A stretch of DNA of 64,000 bases from Octopus sinensis (taxonomy: Eukaryota), in contig NC_043010.1 of NCBI RefSeq assembly GCF_006345805.1, forward strand, positions 27,466,001 to 27,530,000, given 5' to 3'. This document shows positions 51,932 to 64,000 of this stretch, piece after piece. The notes beneath the pieces were generated by a model, which ran no database searches, was not told where the DNA came from, and saw only the letters and a list, made by a program, of their open reading frames with translations. The translations under genes and the position numbers were made by a program. Each line of letters begins with the position of its first letter. The stretch's first letter is position 1.

Positions 51932-52429
51932 TAATTCTATATTAAGACCATTTTGTTTTTGTACAATTTCACGCCATTTTGTACGCTTTAGTTTGTTTAA
52001 AATTTAAATATTCAGGATAGACATGTTGCAGCTATGGAAAACATATTTTTTAACATGAAAGACTTTTATCATCTGACGCGTGACAGTTTGGTTGGCATAC
52101 ACAACAAATCAATTGTCACTGAAAATAGAAGCTTCAAATGTTTTAAATGAAGGTCATGTTGAATAACGTAGTTATTGCTATACAAACGGCGGGTCTGTCA
52201 TAACTGGGATACCCTCGATCCGACTGATCTGGTGTTCCTAAACAATACCGAAATTTACTTTGATACAACGAAACAAGGCCTCTGTGCAGAATACAATTTG
52301 CTAGATGTAACTGTGAAATCTTGTCGACTTAAATTTGGAAAATGTTACTCTGTATATCCAAAAGTACAAAATAACACACACACACAACACACAACACACA
52401 CACACACGACTACTTAACGGATCCTTTCA

Positions 52430-52850
52430 ATATAAGATTGTCTCCATTCGTCTCTTTAGTATGTACTAATTTTGAAGACTACTGCAAAAACTGGACATTT
52501 TGAGAGTCATCCTGCGTGAACAAGGAAGCAAAGGATCTGTGCCAGTTAATGCGGACGTCATCAACATCTTGGTGTCGAACACCAGGGACTTTGAAGTGAG
52601 TAACAGCATTTTGTAGGATTACGAGGAGGCGACTGTATCAAGAGCAGGTGTGGTCACCGTTTTTCAGGCGTGTATTTCAAGATCTCGTTCTTTGGCAGCT
52701 GCTCTGTTAAAGAACGAAGTGAAGCAAATGCTGAGACAGGACCTTGGCACCTGGAGCGTCTGCCAGTCGGGAAATCCGATCGGTGGAAGTTCCATGGAAT
52801 TGAGTGAGACTTCCTGGAAATGTCCGAGGAGGAGAGGTGAGTGGGACTGG
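52430..52850 (+). mobile_element. Old Tx1-family ORF2 fossil
   Basis: YVLILK/LLQKLDILRVI...NADVINILVSN aligns by eye to YVLTFEPLLRKLATLRGI...YAADVTVIVSS; QVWSPFFRRVF and GPWHLE align to QVWSPFVRRAF and GEWHRE of the young copy. Similar pieces at ~53300-53430. Confidence 0.7.
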
Positions 52851-53069
52851 TAATGATACAGAAAGCAAAATCAACTGATCCCGTAATATCCGTATTCCTT
52901 ACTTCTGTAGTACATACAAGGTACGTATATTTCTCTTATGTTCGTTGCATTCGCCATATTTCAATAGTGAGTAATTTGTGGTTTTAAAACGATAGCTCTG
53001 TTTATGGTAATACCCTACTGAATTTTGGTTCTATTTTTTAACCTATAAAAGTATAAACTTGCTAGCCAC

Positions 53070-53136
<67 letters not shown>

Positions 53137-53974
53137 GTAATGATACCGTATTCAAATATATATCTATATATATATATACCCACACATATATATATATATG
53201 CATATATATTACGTATATACATGCATGCATACATACATACGTACATAGATACATACATATACATGTGTGTGTGCATGTGTATGTGTGTGAGGGTGTTTTC
53301 CGTCACAAAGAAATGCTCCATTCTAATAGCTGCTCTGAGGAAGCTACAAGATGACCCATTGGCATTCAACTTTGACCACACATTTCCTTGTAGCAAAAAC
53401 TGCTATAATTTCAGAAACACCGAGAGATAAGAAAAGATCGACTTTGATTTTAATGGCACCTCGAAATAGATAAAGCTATAAGTAACAGGGAGTAGAATAT
53501 TGGGCCAAAAAGATCCCTTGGTGGGTATAAACTCGAAGGTTACCCGTGGGTCAAGGAGCCACATCTTCTATAAACATGACAGGCGTTCTATTACACCTGA
53601 GAAACCATTTGAATATACCCCATCAATTTCAGAAGCTTTCTAGCGAGAATTTTATGGTGTATACATAACAAGTATTTAGAAACTTCGAGAAATATCAAAT
53701 GAATCATTTTTAACAGTCGAACTCGAAGTAAATAAAGCAATAAATAATAGCTTCTAGAATACTGAGTTTTAAAAATAATCTTTTTGCTATCCAACTGTTT
53801 TCTAATCCAATATCATACAAGCTATTAGTTTTTTTCTGCATCGAACCCAACCGTTAAAAATGATTTATTTTATACTACATGCACGCACGCACGCACGCAC
53901 GCACACACACGCACACGCGCGCGCGCAAAGAGATTGGTTACATGTTTTTCTGAGATTGGTAAAATTGATGTAGA

Positions 53975-54017
53975 CGACTCTGATGAGAATCCAATAAGAT
54001 GCGAAAATCGGTTAAGG
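53975..54017 (+). ncRNA. Decayed hammerhead-like motif
   Basis: CTGATGA-GAATC(CAATAA)GATGC-GAAA-ATCGGT-T; stems I and III poorly paired. Confidence 0.35.
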
Positions 54018-54179
54018 CTGTTAAAGAGGTATTACACAGGTTGTGTGTGTGTGTGCGTGTGTGTGCGTATGCTAGTGGTAGTCAAGAATTATCCGCATTT
54101 TCCCCATGACATATCTCTATTGTTACACTGCCTTCTGTGCATGCGTGCTAATAGTTGGTATTATTGTGGTCACGTGATT

Positions 54180-54370
54180 GAAGTTTGAGCCTGTTCGCGC
54201 CATTTTTCTTTCTGGCTTTACAGGTAAGCAAGGTAGCTCCACTAGTAATGTGCACCAATGGAGAACAAATAGCAGTGATTTCTCTGGTCGGAAGGTGTGT
54301 CAAGTGCTGGAATTCATCGGAGGCTTTAGCACCATACGAGGACAGTGCACTTCTGTGGAGATAATAGCGT
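54180..54370 (+). mobile_element. Possible further old Tx1 ORF2 fossil (C-terminal region)
   Basis: PVRA..KQGSSTS and TSVEIIA loosely match LPVRDKLYRHGS and LSAESIV; frameshifted. Confidence 0.4.
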
Positions 54371-54702
54371 ATTATCATTTATATTTTTTTACACGTTTTA
54401 TTTACATTCTCTAGATTAAGTAAGACCCTGATATTTAATTTATAAACCTATATATTGTTGTTGTGTGTTATTATAATAGCCAAAGATTGTCTTAGGCCTA
54501 AACGATTAATATTCTTTGAGATATATAGAAATATATTTCGATAGTTGTAGATTCTATTTACTTAAATATTGTGTCTGTTATGATTTGGTTGTTTTTTTAA
54601 TTCTAATTGTTTTGTAGTTGAAAAGTTAACGCTCACGCTCATAATACATAGGCATTTAAATTAATTTTCTTACAACCCAGCCGTCCTTTCACACAGAATT
54701 TC

Positions 54703-54783
54703 GCCTATCTGATGAGACTTATATAAGTGATTTGAATTGTTTATAAATCAAATAATGCATATAAGTCGAAACAAACTGTTGGC
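54703..54783 (+). ncRNA. Hammerhead motif with long stem II
   Basis: CTGATGA(54709-15)-GACTTATAT...ATATAAGTC-GAAAC: perfect 9-bp stem II plus an inner GATTT/AAATC helix; ACA/TGT stem III; stem I only partly paired (GCC/GGC). Confidence 0.65.
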
Positions 54784-54916
54784 TCTTTTGGTCTTTTAAT
54801 GACTTTCTATGTTATCTTATATTATAATATATTTTATTATATTCATAGTATATTATGTTATAATATAAATAAATTATTGGATTGTTAATTGTATCTCTCT
54901 ATTTAATTTATTGTTC

Positions 54917-54984
<68 letters not shown>

Positions 54985-55196
54985 ATAGATAAATAGATAT
55001 TTAGAGGGGGGGTATTTCGCGTTGCTCTACGATAATTTGGACGTCTGATGTGTGACATAATGTCGGTTTGATGGAGAAAGTAAGATAATGTACAGCACAT
55101 GCATTTAATCACTATAAAAACAAATCATATGTTTAGGTTGTTCGGTAAAAACTGAACACTCACACATCGTCTTCAACGGGCGATTCCATCATATAA

Positions 55197-55263
<67 letters not shown>

Positions 55264-55276
55264 TATATATATATAT

Positions 55277-55315
<39 letters not shown>

Positions 55316-55360
55316 GACAGAGAGACAGACAGACAGACAGACAGATAGACGGATAAATAT

Positions 55361-56647
55361 GTTTCTCTATTAGCCACACAGGGCTGCACACAGACGGGAC
55401 AGATTACAAAGTAGAGCTTTTCTTTTTTTGGAGAAAAAAAAAGTGGGGTAGGTTTTCGATCAAAAGGGATCGTAAGAGAGAAAGAAGAAAAAAATAAAAA
55501 AAGGAAAAGTAACAAAAGAAAAGAAAAAAGAAAAAAGAGGAGAAAAAAAGAAAGGAAAAAAGGGGAAAAAACGATCAATAGGGATCGTGTATCACAGTGT
55601 CATGATGTACGGTGTAAAGGGGGAAGCAGATAAGGTTTATCCGTGGGAAGAAAAGCCTACGGAAAAGACCACGGTAACCTCGATCAATATTGTTACATGT
55701 TATCCCATTTGTTTGCAAGTGGGTAACCCTCTGTTTTCAATTTCTGGGTTCATAGGATTATGCTCAAGGTGGCTTCGTCATTCATACGTGCCATCCTTGC
55801 TACATTCACCCATCTTTTTTTAAAACGTTCGCTAGACAAAACTTGTCCCTCTACTCTCACTTTCCTTTTCAAGTGATACTTGAAGAAGTTGATGAGAGAT
55901 TGACCAGAGAGGAAAGTGTTTGTCTCCAATCCTTTCAGACGCGTCCACCAGATACATTCTTTCGCCATAGCCACAAGTATGATGAAAATAGCTCTTCCTT
56001 CCCGTTTGAAGGAAGGAGGCGTGACAATATTGACGATAGACTCGGTTGATAAACCGACTCGTCCCACATGTGACAGCAGTTGTTCGGCATAAGCCCACAG
56101 GTCGGAAATTGTTGGACACTGCACGAGTGTGTGCAGAACGGTTTCGTCGCTCTGGCCACATCTTGGGCAGGTCGGCCCCGTGTTTCTCGAGCCGTGTCTG
56201 TAGAGCTCATCCCGAACGGATATCGCTTCTCGGTAGCACTTGCCAGGCCAGGGATCTCTGAATGTTGTCCATGGGCCCTGGCCCGAAAGTCGTCTCGAAC
56301 AGGCGGGTCAGGTATTCCTCGTCAACGTCCAGGTTCGCCCCGAGCTCGTCGTCGTACCTCCCCTCCACTAATCCCCTATAGAATGCTTGGCTTGTGTTGG
56401 AGTCACTCAAGGTCGATCCGGGACGGCAGAGTTGCTTGAGAGCAACGCGACACTCGCGGTGCCATTCGCCCTTCCTCGGCCTCTTTTTGATCCACGACTG
56501 CAGTTCGGCCAAGGAGACGAGTTGCGGGAAAGCGTGCCTCACAAACGACGACCACACCTGTTCACCATCGTCTACGTAGAGCCTGAGGTGTCGCAGTCTC
56601 AGCGCGTGTCTGCGCATCATCAACCACGGCATGCCCAGTCCTCCTTT

Positions 56648-56648
<1 letters not shown>
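55361..56648 (-). mobile_element. 5'-truncated Tx1/L1-clade LINE, copy 2 (diverged subfamily)
   Basis: GGLGMPWLMMRRHALRLRHL...WHRECRVALKQLC, collinear with 57039-57935; (GATA)n on both sides. Confidence 0.92.

Positions 56649-56737
<89 letters not shown>
56649..56737. repeat. (GATA)n spacer between Tx1 copies 2 and 3
   Basis: Pure tetranucleotide run. Confidence 0.95.
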
Positions 56738-56738
<1 letters not shown>

Positions 56739-57038
56739 CTTTCTTTTATTGGCCACACAGGGCTGAATACAGAGGGGACAAATACAAATGTAGAGCTTTT
56801 CTTTTCGAGGGTGGAAAAGAAAATGGAAAATAAATGTAAGATTCCGATCAAAAGGGATCGAGAGGAAAAAAAAAAGGAAAGAAATCGTGTATCACAGAAA
56901 CACTTTTTTAAAAAAACATTAATAAAACAAGATTGGGTTCATCCGTGGGAAGAAAAGCCTACAGAAAAGACCACGGGCACCTCAGTCAGGGAGGAAATAA
57001 CCATATTAGAGCAAAATGCTCTCTCTCTCTTTTACGAT

Positions 57039-59211
57039 TTACAAGGTCATGCTCAAAATGGTTTCGTCACTCGCACGCACCATCTTTGCTACATTCACCC
57101 ATCTTTTTTTGAAACTTTCGCGAGACAAATCTTCCCTCTCCATTCTCACCTTCCTTTTCAAGTGGAACTTGAAAAAGTTGATCAGCGATTGGCCAGAGAG
57201 GTAAGTGTTTGTCTCTAATCCTTTCGCTCGGGTCCACCACACACATTCTTTCACCATGGCCACCAATACGATGAAAACTGCCTTGCCTTCCCGGTTGAGG
57301 AGAGGGGGCGGAGCAATTCTCACGATAGACTCGGCCGATAGGCGGACTCGTCCCACACGTGACAGCAGCCGTCTGGCATAAGCCCACAGGTCTGATATGG
57401 TTGAACATTGTGCGAGTGCGTGCAGAACGGTTTCGTCGCTCTGACCGCATCTCGGGCAAGTCGGTCCAGTGTGTCTGGAACCGTGTCTGTAGAGCTTATC
57501 CCGAACAGGTAATGCTTCTCGATAGCACTGCCAGGCCAGGGATCTTTGGTGATTGTCCATTGGTCCCGGCCCGAAAGTTGTCCTGAACAGGCGGGTCAGG
57601 TGTTCCTCGCCGACGCCCAGACTCTGCCCGAGATTGTCGTCGCACCTCCCCTCCACTAATCCTCTATAGAATGCCTTTGTTGTGATGGAGTCGCACAAGT
57701 TTGATCCCGAACGGCAGAGTTGCTTGAGAGCAACGCGACACTCGCGGTGCCATTCGCCTAGCCTCGGTCTCTGCTTGATCCATGACTGTAGTTCGGCCAA
57801 GGAGACGAGCTGCAGGAAAGCGCGCCGCACAAAAGGCGACCACACCTGTTCACCATCATCTATGAAGCGCCGGAGATGTCGCAGTCTCAGCGCGTGTCTG
57901 CGCATCATCAACCACGGCATGCCCAGCCCTCCATTTAGCGGGTGTTGACAGCAAATGGATCGCCTAACCATCGGAACGTTTCCCTTCCACAGGAAGCGGA
58001 AGATTATACGTTCCAGTTTGGTGATTGTAGGGTCGGGACAAGGCACGACGATCAGACGATACTCGATGACGGATGCGATGTACGCGTTCGCCATCTCCAC
58101 CCGACCTTTTAGGGATAGCTTTCTCTCAGCCCATTTCTGGGTGAGAGTAGCCACCCTAATCGATATTTCGCCCCAGTTCTTCTCCATTTGAAGGTCCGGA
58201 CCGAACCAGACCCCGAGCAATATAACCGGTCCGTCGGTCCAGCGTCCCACGACGGAGACGTTGTTGGACGACATGGGCCTGCTTCTCCAGGTGCCGAGCC
58301 GCAAGCCCACTGACTTTTCCCGGTTAATTTTTGCTCCCGTTACCGCTTCGTATTCTTTTAGTATCTCACCGACAGCTCAGTCTCGTGTGCGGTAGCTCGA
58401 CACTATGACGGTGACGTCGGCCGCGTATGCAACACTCCTCCCGCATCCCAGCCCTCGTGGGATGCCCCTCAGCGTCGCCAGTTTCCGCAGTAGTGGCTCA
58501 AAAGTCAATACATACAGAAGCGATGAGAGGGGGCATCCCTGACGAACCGAACGCATGATGTTAAAAGGTCTGGATAGATGACCATTTACGCGAACTACCG
58601 AGCGGATGCCACTGTATAAGGCAGCGATCCTACAGAATACTCTATCTAAGTACGATCTGGACAACCCGATGCGGTTACTCCGTGTCCACGTTGGCACATT
58701 CGGTACCTGTCAGACAGTTGGAAACGTCTGAGCAGGTCTTTGAGGCATTTGCATCCCCTCCTATTGCTATCTCTGCCCACATAGTCTAGATGCGTGTCCA
58801 GGGTGGCATTCCAATCCCCCACTAAAAGTAAAGGACGAGACGTTCCCATGAAAGACTCTAGACGTCGAAAGAAAATCTGGTCGGCCTGATAAGGCGGTGC
58901 ATAAACTGTTTGTCGAAAAAAGCTATTGCTGCCATCGACATCCAAAACGACCAGCCTACCCTCCGGGTCTAGGAAAATTGCTCTTACTTTGAGGTCCAGA
59001 CTCGGCCACCTCCGCCTATTCTCGGTAGACACGGAGAAAAATAAATGTTGAAATGTGTGCCGAACATGTGCTGGAGTGCCCGCGAGCTGTGGAGTCTGGT
59101 CTCACTGATGGCTATGATATACAGATTTAGTGACTTGATGTCGTTTAACAGGTTGCCTTGTTTCCAAGGCGACCCCAAGCCACGTACATTTATACTGCCT
59201 ATTTTGAGCAT
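57039..59211 (-). pseudogene. Tx1 ORF2: APE endonuclease + truncated RT + CCHC, frameshifted
   Basis: SINVRGL, AISET, VYAP, GDWN and SYLDRVF (APE); VRQGCPLS and YAAD (YADD mutated); CPRCGQSDETVLHALAQC. Confidence 0.9.
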
Positions 59212-59277
59212 GTTCCTATCAAAAATTGTGTTTTACACACGAAAAGATGAGAAAAAAAGAAAGAGAGAGAGAAAAGG

Positions 59278-61415
59278 TTACTTGTTGTTCGAAAGTCCTT
59301 TGTTTTTCACCTCACAGTCTTCTTCCATGAGGTTTTTGTAAAGTTTCTTTGACAAATATTTTTGAAATCTCCCAACTGCATCAGGGTAGAGAGATTTCAG
59401 GGTGCTGTCTGTGTTCTGTGTTACGTGTATTATTTTAATGTGTTGTGGTGGTGTTGTGCGTGGGTGGTTATTTGTTTTTGTGTCATTTTCAGTTATGTTG
59501 GTGTTTGACCTAATGTATTCCATTAGGTCGTGGTTGTTTGTGTTTATGGCTGTCAACATTGTTGTGGTGTTTGTGTTGGTGTGTTCATTTTCTGTGGATG
59601 TTTTTGTTTCGGGAGTGGTGAATCTTTCTGCTTTGTTTGTTAGCTTTTCTATTCTTTTTCCCCCTTTTTCTCCTCCCCCCTGTGGCTGTTTGCCAATCCT
59701 CTGTGTCTTCATCTAATGACATGTCAGAGGAATCAGAGAGTGGGAGGGGAAAAGTATTGGGGTCTATCTTTTGACTGTGTTGATTTTGTTGTTGATGTTG
59801 GTGTTCGTTGGTGAGCTTTAGGGTGTGGTGTATGGGTTTTTGGAGGTGGGTGTGGGTATATGTGTTTGTGTGATTGTAGGTATGTGGTGTTTGGGTGTGT
59901 GTTGGGGGGTGATTTGGGGGTATTAGTAGTATTGTATGTTTCTTCATTTTCGATGCTTGTCTTTTTGGTAGATGTTCTTGGTTTGGGAGTTGGTTTCTCT
60001 TTGGTTGTGGTTGTTGATGTTGTTTCTGTTCTTGGTGCAGTTGGTGGTGTTGGGTAGGTTTGTTCCTTGTTGATTTTCTGTGACTGGTCCTTTTGTTGTT
60101 CGTGCAAACTGTGGTGTGGGTAATAAAGCTGTCTTTTTTGTTTTTTCCGGCTGCTGTTGTTGTTGCTGCTGTTTTCTCGCGGCAGAGTTGCAATCTGTTG
60201 CTCACTGCCGCATATGTAGCAGCGTGGTCTTCTGCCCTCGACGACCACATACAACTTGTGGTCTTCTGATATATGTATCTGGGTGGGTATTTTGTTGATG
60301 GCATCTTGGTTGATATGTAGTAGAATTTCTACTCTCTTTCCCACCCAGGTTTGTGTTCAGTGACCGTGGTTTGTAATATGTTACAATCGTCCATTTCCAC
60401 ACATATGGCCGATATTAGCCATAGAGTGTCCGCTATTTGGGGAACATTGTTTAATATGACCTTAGTTACTCTCTGTCCAAGGTAGCTAGGTATCATAGTG
60501 AGTTCATCCGAATGAAGAGTTAGCGTTGAGAATCGTTTTGCTAACTCTTCAGTGTGAAACACTACTTGTATGTGAGCAAACTTGTTCCACCAGGTAACAT
60601 ATTCCTTAAAATTCCAGATAGGTTGCAAGCATTTTTCGATTTTGCTTGTGTTCGCCTTCTCTGGACTTTTTGTCTTGTTGATTATTTTATATATAACAGT
60701 TTTCTTTTTTTTCGTTTTCTAGTATTTGTTGCGGTATGTTTATTTTTACTTTGCCATTTTCTTTTGTGATTAAAGCTTTGGTATCTTTTATCTGCTGTTG
60801 TCTTTTTTCTTTTATCGCCTCGGCGAAATTTGTTGTTGTTTTGTTATTGTTGTTGCTGGTGGTGATGTTGTTGTTGGCTGCAGTTGGTATATTCGGTGTA
60901 TTTAGTGTCTGATGTTTGATTGTGCAAGTAGGAAGGGGTGGAAAATTGCTTGCATAATTTGTCCCTGCGTTTGAGCAACTTTCGGCAATTCGTTTGGTGG
61001 TCGCGGTCTTTTGTTTCTCTCCTTCAGTTCTTGGTGTTGGAGGAAACAAGGTCTGGAAGGAATTGTTGTTGTTGTTATTATTGTTATTGTTGTTGGTGTT
61101 GGCGGTGGTGTCAGTGGCAGAAGAGACAGCCGTGGCAGCAGATATCGTTGTAAGTGAGATAATAGGTGAGATAATTAAATCTTGCGCAACATTATGGACG
61201 TTTATATTTACTTCATTTTTGTTGTTGTTATTCTTGTTGTTGTTGTGTCAGTGTTAGATCTATCAGATGTGGTAGCTTTGATGTTAGTGGTGGTGGTGGT
61301 GGTGTTGATTTCAGTTTTATCCTACTTTATATCAGCGTCTTTGTTGACTGCCTTTTCCAAAGCAGGAAAATTCTCCTTAGAAAAAATCGTTGAATACGAT
61401 AAAATTTCTCGACAT
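59278..61415 (-). pseudogene. Tx1 ORF1 (gag-like RNA-binding protein), disrupted
   Basis: Putative ATG at 61415; pieces 60687-61049, 60329-60628, 59733-60344 (EGRRPRCYICGSEQ zinc-knuckle start) and 59278-59712; Thr/Asn-rich low-complexity flanks. Confidence 0.7.
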
Positions 61416-61794
61416 TTTTATTTCGAGAAAAACAAAAAATCAATTGATGAAAATGCCCCTAAACGAAAGTTGGGCGTTTGAAAAGTTGAAAAACTCCGAA
61501 AATGTAAAACGTAAACAAATGGATGCAACAGAGAGAGAGAAAGAACAGCGTCTTTGCGTTATGAGGAACGCTTCAGCGACATTGTATGAAAACAAGCTAT
61601 GAAAGCAAAAATTTTGATATATAATTGAGGCTGAAATTGACCCTAGGGGCAAAATCCCCTCCGGAAAACACACCCAGATGAAAGCTGGGTGTCTTACACA
61701 CTCCGTGTGCAAAAGTTGAAGCGAAACTTTTTCAAAAACACAATAAAAAAAGCGATTGACTTACTAGCCGATCCGTCAATGAACACTATCGATC

Positions 61795-61795
61795 G

Positions 61796-61884
<89 letters not shown>

Positions 61885-61885
61885 T
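61795..61885. repeat. (GATA)n at the 5' flank of Tx1 copy 3
   Basis: Directly visible. Confidence 0.95.
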
Positions 61886-62729
61886 TAATTGGAAGGGTGT
61901 CTACAAGTGGCACGTTTTCATACGCGGAATGTTATTGAACTCTGTTCGATTGATGTTCAGAGTAAGTTGTACCGTGATAGGTCAGCAATTGATGTAGAAT
62001 TGTTGCCGTATAGTAACTGTTGTTATGTTACAATTAATGGATCTATATGCGAATTTTTACATATATGTTTTTTTTTTAATGATTCTGCATTTTTTCCTGT
62101 TGTTCGCTAATGATTCTTTCCATAGTTCGTCGAAATTAAATTTTCTCTTCATTTATTAAAAATGTTTCTACAAGACTCTCTAAATGCATTTATTCAATAT
62201 TGCGAGTGTCTTATCTGTGCTAATTAAGTAAATAATTATTTAATTACTTCATTTATTTCTGTAGTTTCTTAAAATTTCAATTTCTTATTAATTACAACTT
62301 CTATTTGATGTCGTTAAAATTCCTGTCGAGCAACATCAACATCAATGACTCTCCAGTCGTGACCATGCCACCTCTTTTACTCAGGTACAGTGTCTCTACA
62401 TTATTCATTGTGTTCTTCCATTTTAAGACAGTAAAGATGTAATTTTGAGCAAGATTTAACTGTGATTTCTAGCTCTTACAGCAACCTGTTCGATCCCCTT
62501 CTCTTTAGCTTGATCTTCCGTCTATAGCTTGTATATTTTTTAAAACGGAGTCATATAACATTACTCGTACCTTAATGCTGTTATCTTACTATAGTGATTT
62601 GCTTCTAGTAATTGTACAGAGTAGTGGTTCTCAAACGAGGTCCATATGACCCTTAGGTTATACTGCTACAATGCACAAAATATTTTAATACATTATTTTA
62701 TACAATTCCTAATAATTATTTCAAATTTT

Positions 62730-63430
62730 TACCACAAGGGCAGCGTAGGGGAGATGGGGTTGTGTCGATTTCATCGACACCAGTGTACAACTGGTATATA
62801 TTTTATCGACTCCAAAAGGATAAACGGTAAAGTTGACCTCGGCGGCATTTGGATCCAGAACATAGCGACAGGTGAAACACCGCTGAGCATTTCGTCCGGC
62901 GATCCAACGATTCTGCTAGCACGCCGCCCTTATACAATTCCTAATAATATTTAATTATGAAATTATAATAGGACTTTTTGAAAATCAAATGGTTATGAGG
63001 GTCCACCTAAGTAGAATAGGAATCAAAGGGGTTCAGTATACAGGAAATGTTCTCAAACTTTTCCTGCCAAGGTAACCTTTCTTTAAGTCCAGCAGTGTTG
63101 GTGTATCCCTTCATGTCTGGTGGTAGTGGTGTATCCTTTCATTATGTCCAGCCGCGAATGGTTAACCCCTTCAAGCAGTGTCGGCATACCCCATTCTTCT
63201 TTCAGTACAGTTTATAATTTTCCAAAAGTTGGCGAGTGGGTAGAGTTATTAGGCCGGACAAAATGCTTAGCGGCATCTCGTCCGACCTTACCTTCTAAGT
63301 TAATATTTCGCCGAAGTCGACTTTGCCTTTCATCTCGGTGTTGATAAGATGAATACCAGTTGAGAATTGGGGGGGGGGCGATGTAATCGACTTATTCCCA
63401 CCCTTAAAATTGCTGGCATTGTGTCAAAAT
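62730..63430. mobile_element. Two decayed SINE family A copies (62730-62930 minus, 63230-63430 plus)
   Basis: Family A head and central blocks. Confidence 0.65.
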
Positions 63431-63857
63431 TTGAAACCAATATTTTCTAGTAGTCAAATTAGTATTAATATACCGAATGCAGTGATCATTAGATCTTTAG
63501 TTAATTTAGGTTTTAATCATTGCAATTAAATATTTATTTCAGTTGTATCATCAATTAAGTTTCATCATTATAGAGCTTCTCAGCAAAGCATAGACTGCAC
63601 AGTACTTACGAAATCGTAATGATAAAGCGAAGTAACTATATAATATGTATACTTTATTTAAAAGCAGCAGAAAATTCAACAAACCCTGTTACTCTAAGTA
63701 TCACGTTTATGTGTTTACTCCGGTATATATATATATATATATACTTTTATTAAAACTGCAAAATTATCACAACACTGTTACTCAGTGTTTCAAGTTCTCG
63801 TTTGTCAATATATGTGTGTCGATGTGTGTGTAGAGAGAGACAGAGAGACAGATAGAC

Positions 63858-63899
<42 letters not shown>

Positions 63900-64000
63900 C
63901 GATAGATAGATAGATAGATAGGGGCGCTACTAAATTTGTTGATTCTAGAGTAACATACAAGCTTAAACTTCGTTTGGTATGGCTATATATTTACGTGTCT

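Larger units (their letters stand above)
56738..61790 (-). mobile_element. Tx1/L1-clade LINE with both ends (5' UTR, ORF1, ORF2, 3' UTR), internally deleted
   Basis: ORF1 with zinc knuckle; ORF2 with APE endonuclease, partial RT and C-terminal CCHC; 3' AATAAAAGAAAGT then (TATC)n; (TATC)n also at the 5' flank. Confidence 0.93.

Noticed and set aside
52478-52853. Apparent two-exon gene or stop-readthrough frame (branch-point-like TACTAAT, GTGAGT donors, single in-frame TAG at 52614)
   Set aside because: Alternating frames align to the Tx1 ORF2 in this window (QVWSPF, WH.E, YV L..LL.KL), so it is a LINE fossil.
54200-54414. Strong acceptor TTTCTGGCTTTACAG followed by GTAAGC (terminal exon or recursive splice site)
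   Set aside because: Sequence loosely matches the Tx1 ORF2 C-terminal region and gives no recognisable host protein; not excluded, but unsupported.
62623-63060. Possible hAT-type MITE starting TAGTGGTTCTCAAA
   Set aside because: Matching right terminus and 8-bp TSD not found.

Overview
AT-rich, microsatellite-dense animal genomic DNA. It is most likely cephalopod (Octopus); this is inferred from the tRNA-derived SINE families and LINE content, not from a database search. I found no host protein-coding gene I can support: nearly all ORF-track entries are microsatellite artefacts or decayed transposon fragments. The window is a nest of mobile elements. LINEs: R4/Dong-type RLE LINEs sitting in (AAT)n plus an older R4-like family, RTE fragments, and three copies plus fossils of a Tx1/L1-clade LINE sitting in (GATA)n, one with both ends but an internal RT deletion. 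DNA and LTR elements: maT (DD37D), Tc1 and mariner remnants, several MITEs and a solo LTR. There are three modular tRNA-SINE families. Less obvious layers: (i) about ten hammerhead-ribozyme motifs in unrelated sequence contexts, including a ~420 bp palindrome with a complete hammerhead on each strand and a TSD-flanked foldback with a hammerhead in its loop; (ii) SINE tails matching the 3' ends of the Tx1 and RTE LINEs in the same window; (iii) a reproducible 184 bp SINE reiteration; (iv) a recurrent ~550 bp structured non-coding element; (v) a ~2 kb degenerate array rich in TTCCAGGAA/GGAACTTTCC motifs with an internal inversion. Coordinates, counts and alignments were read by eye and may be off by a few bases.
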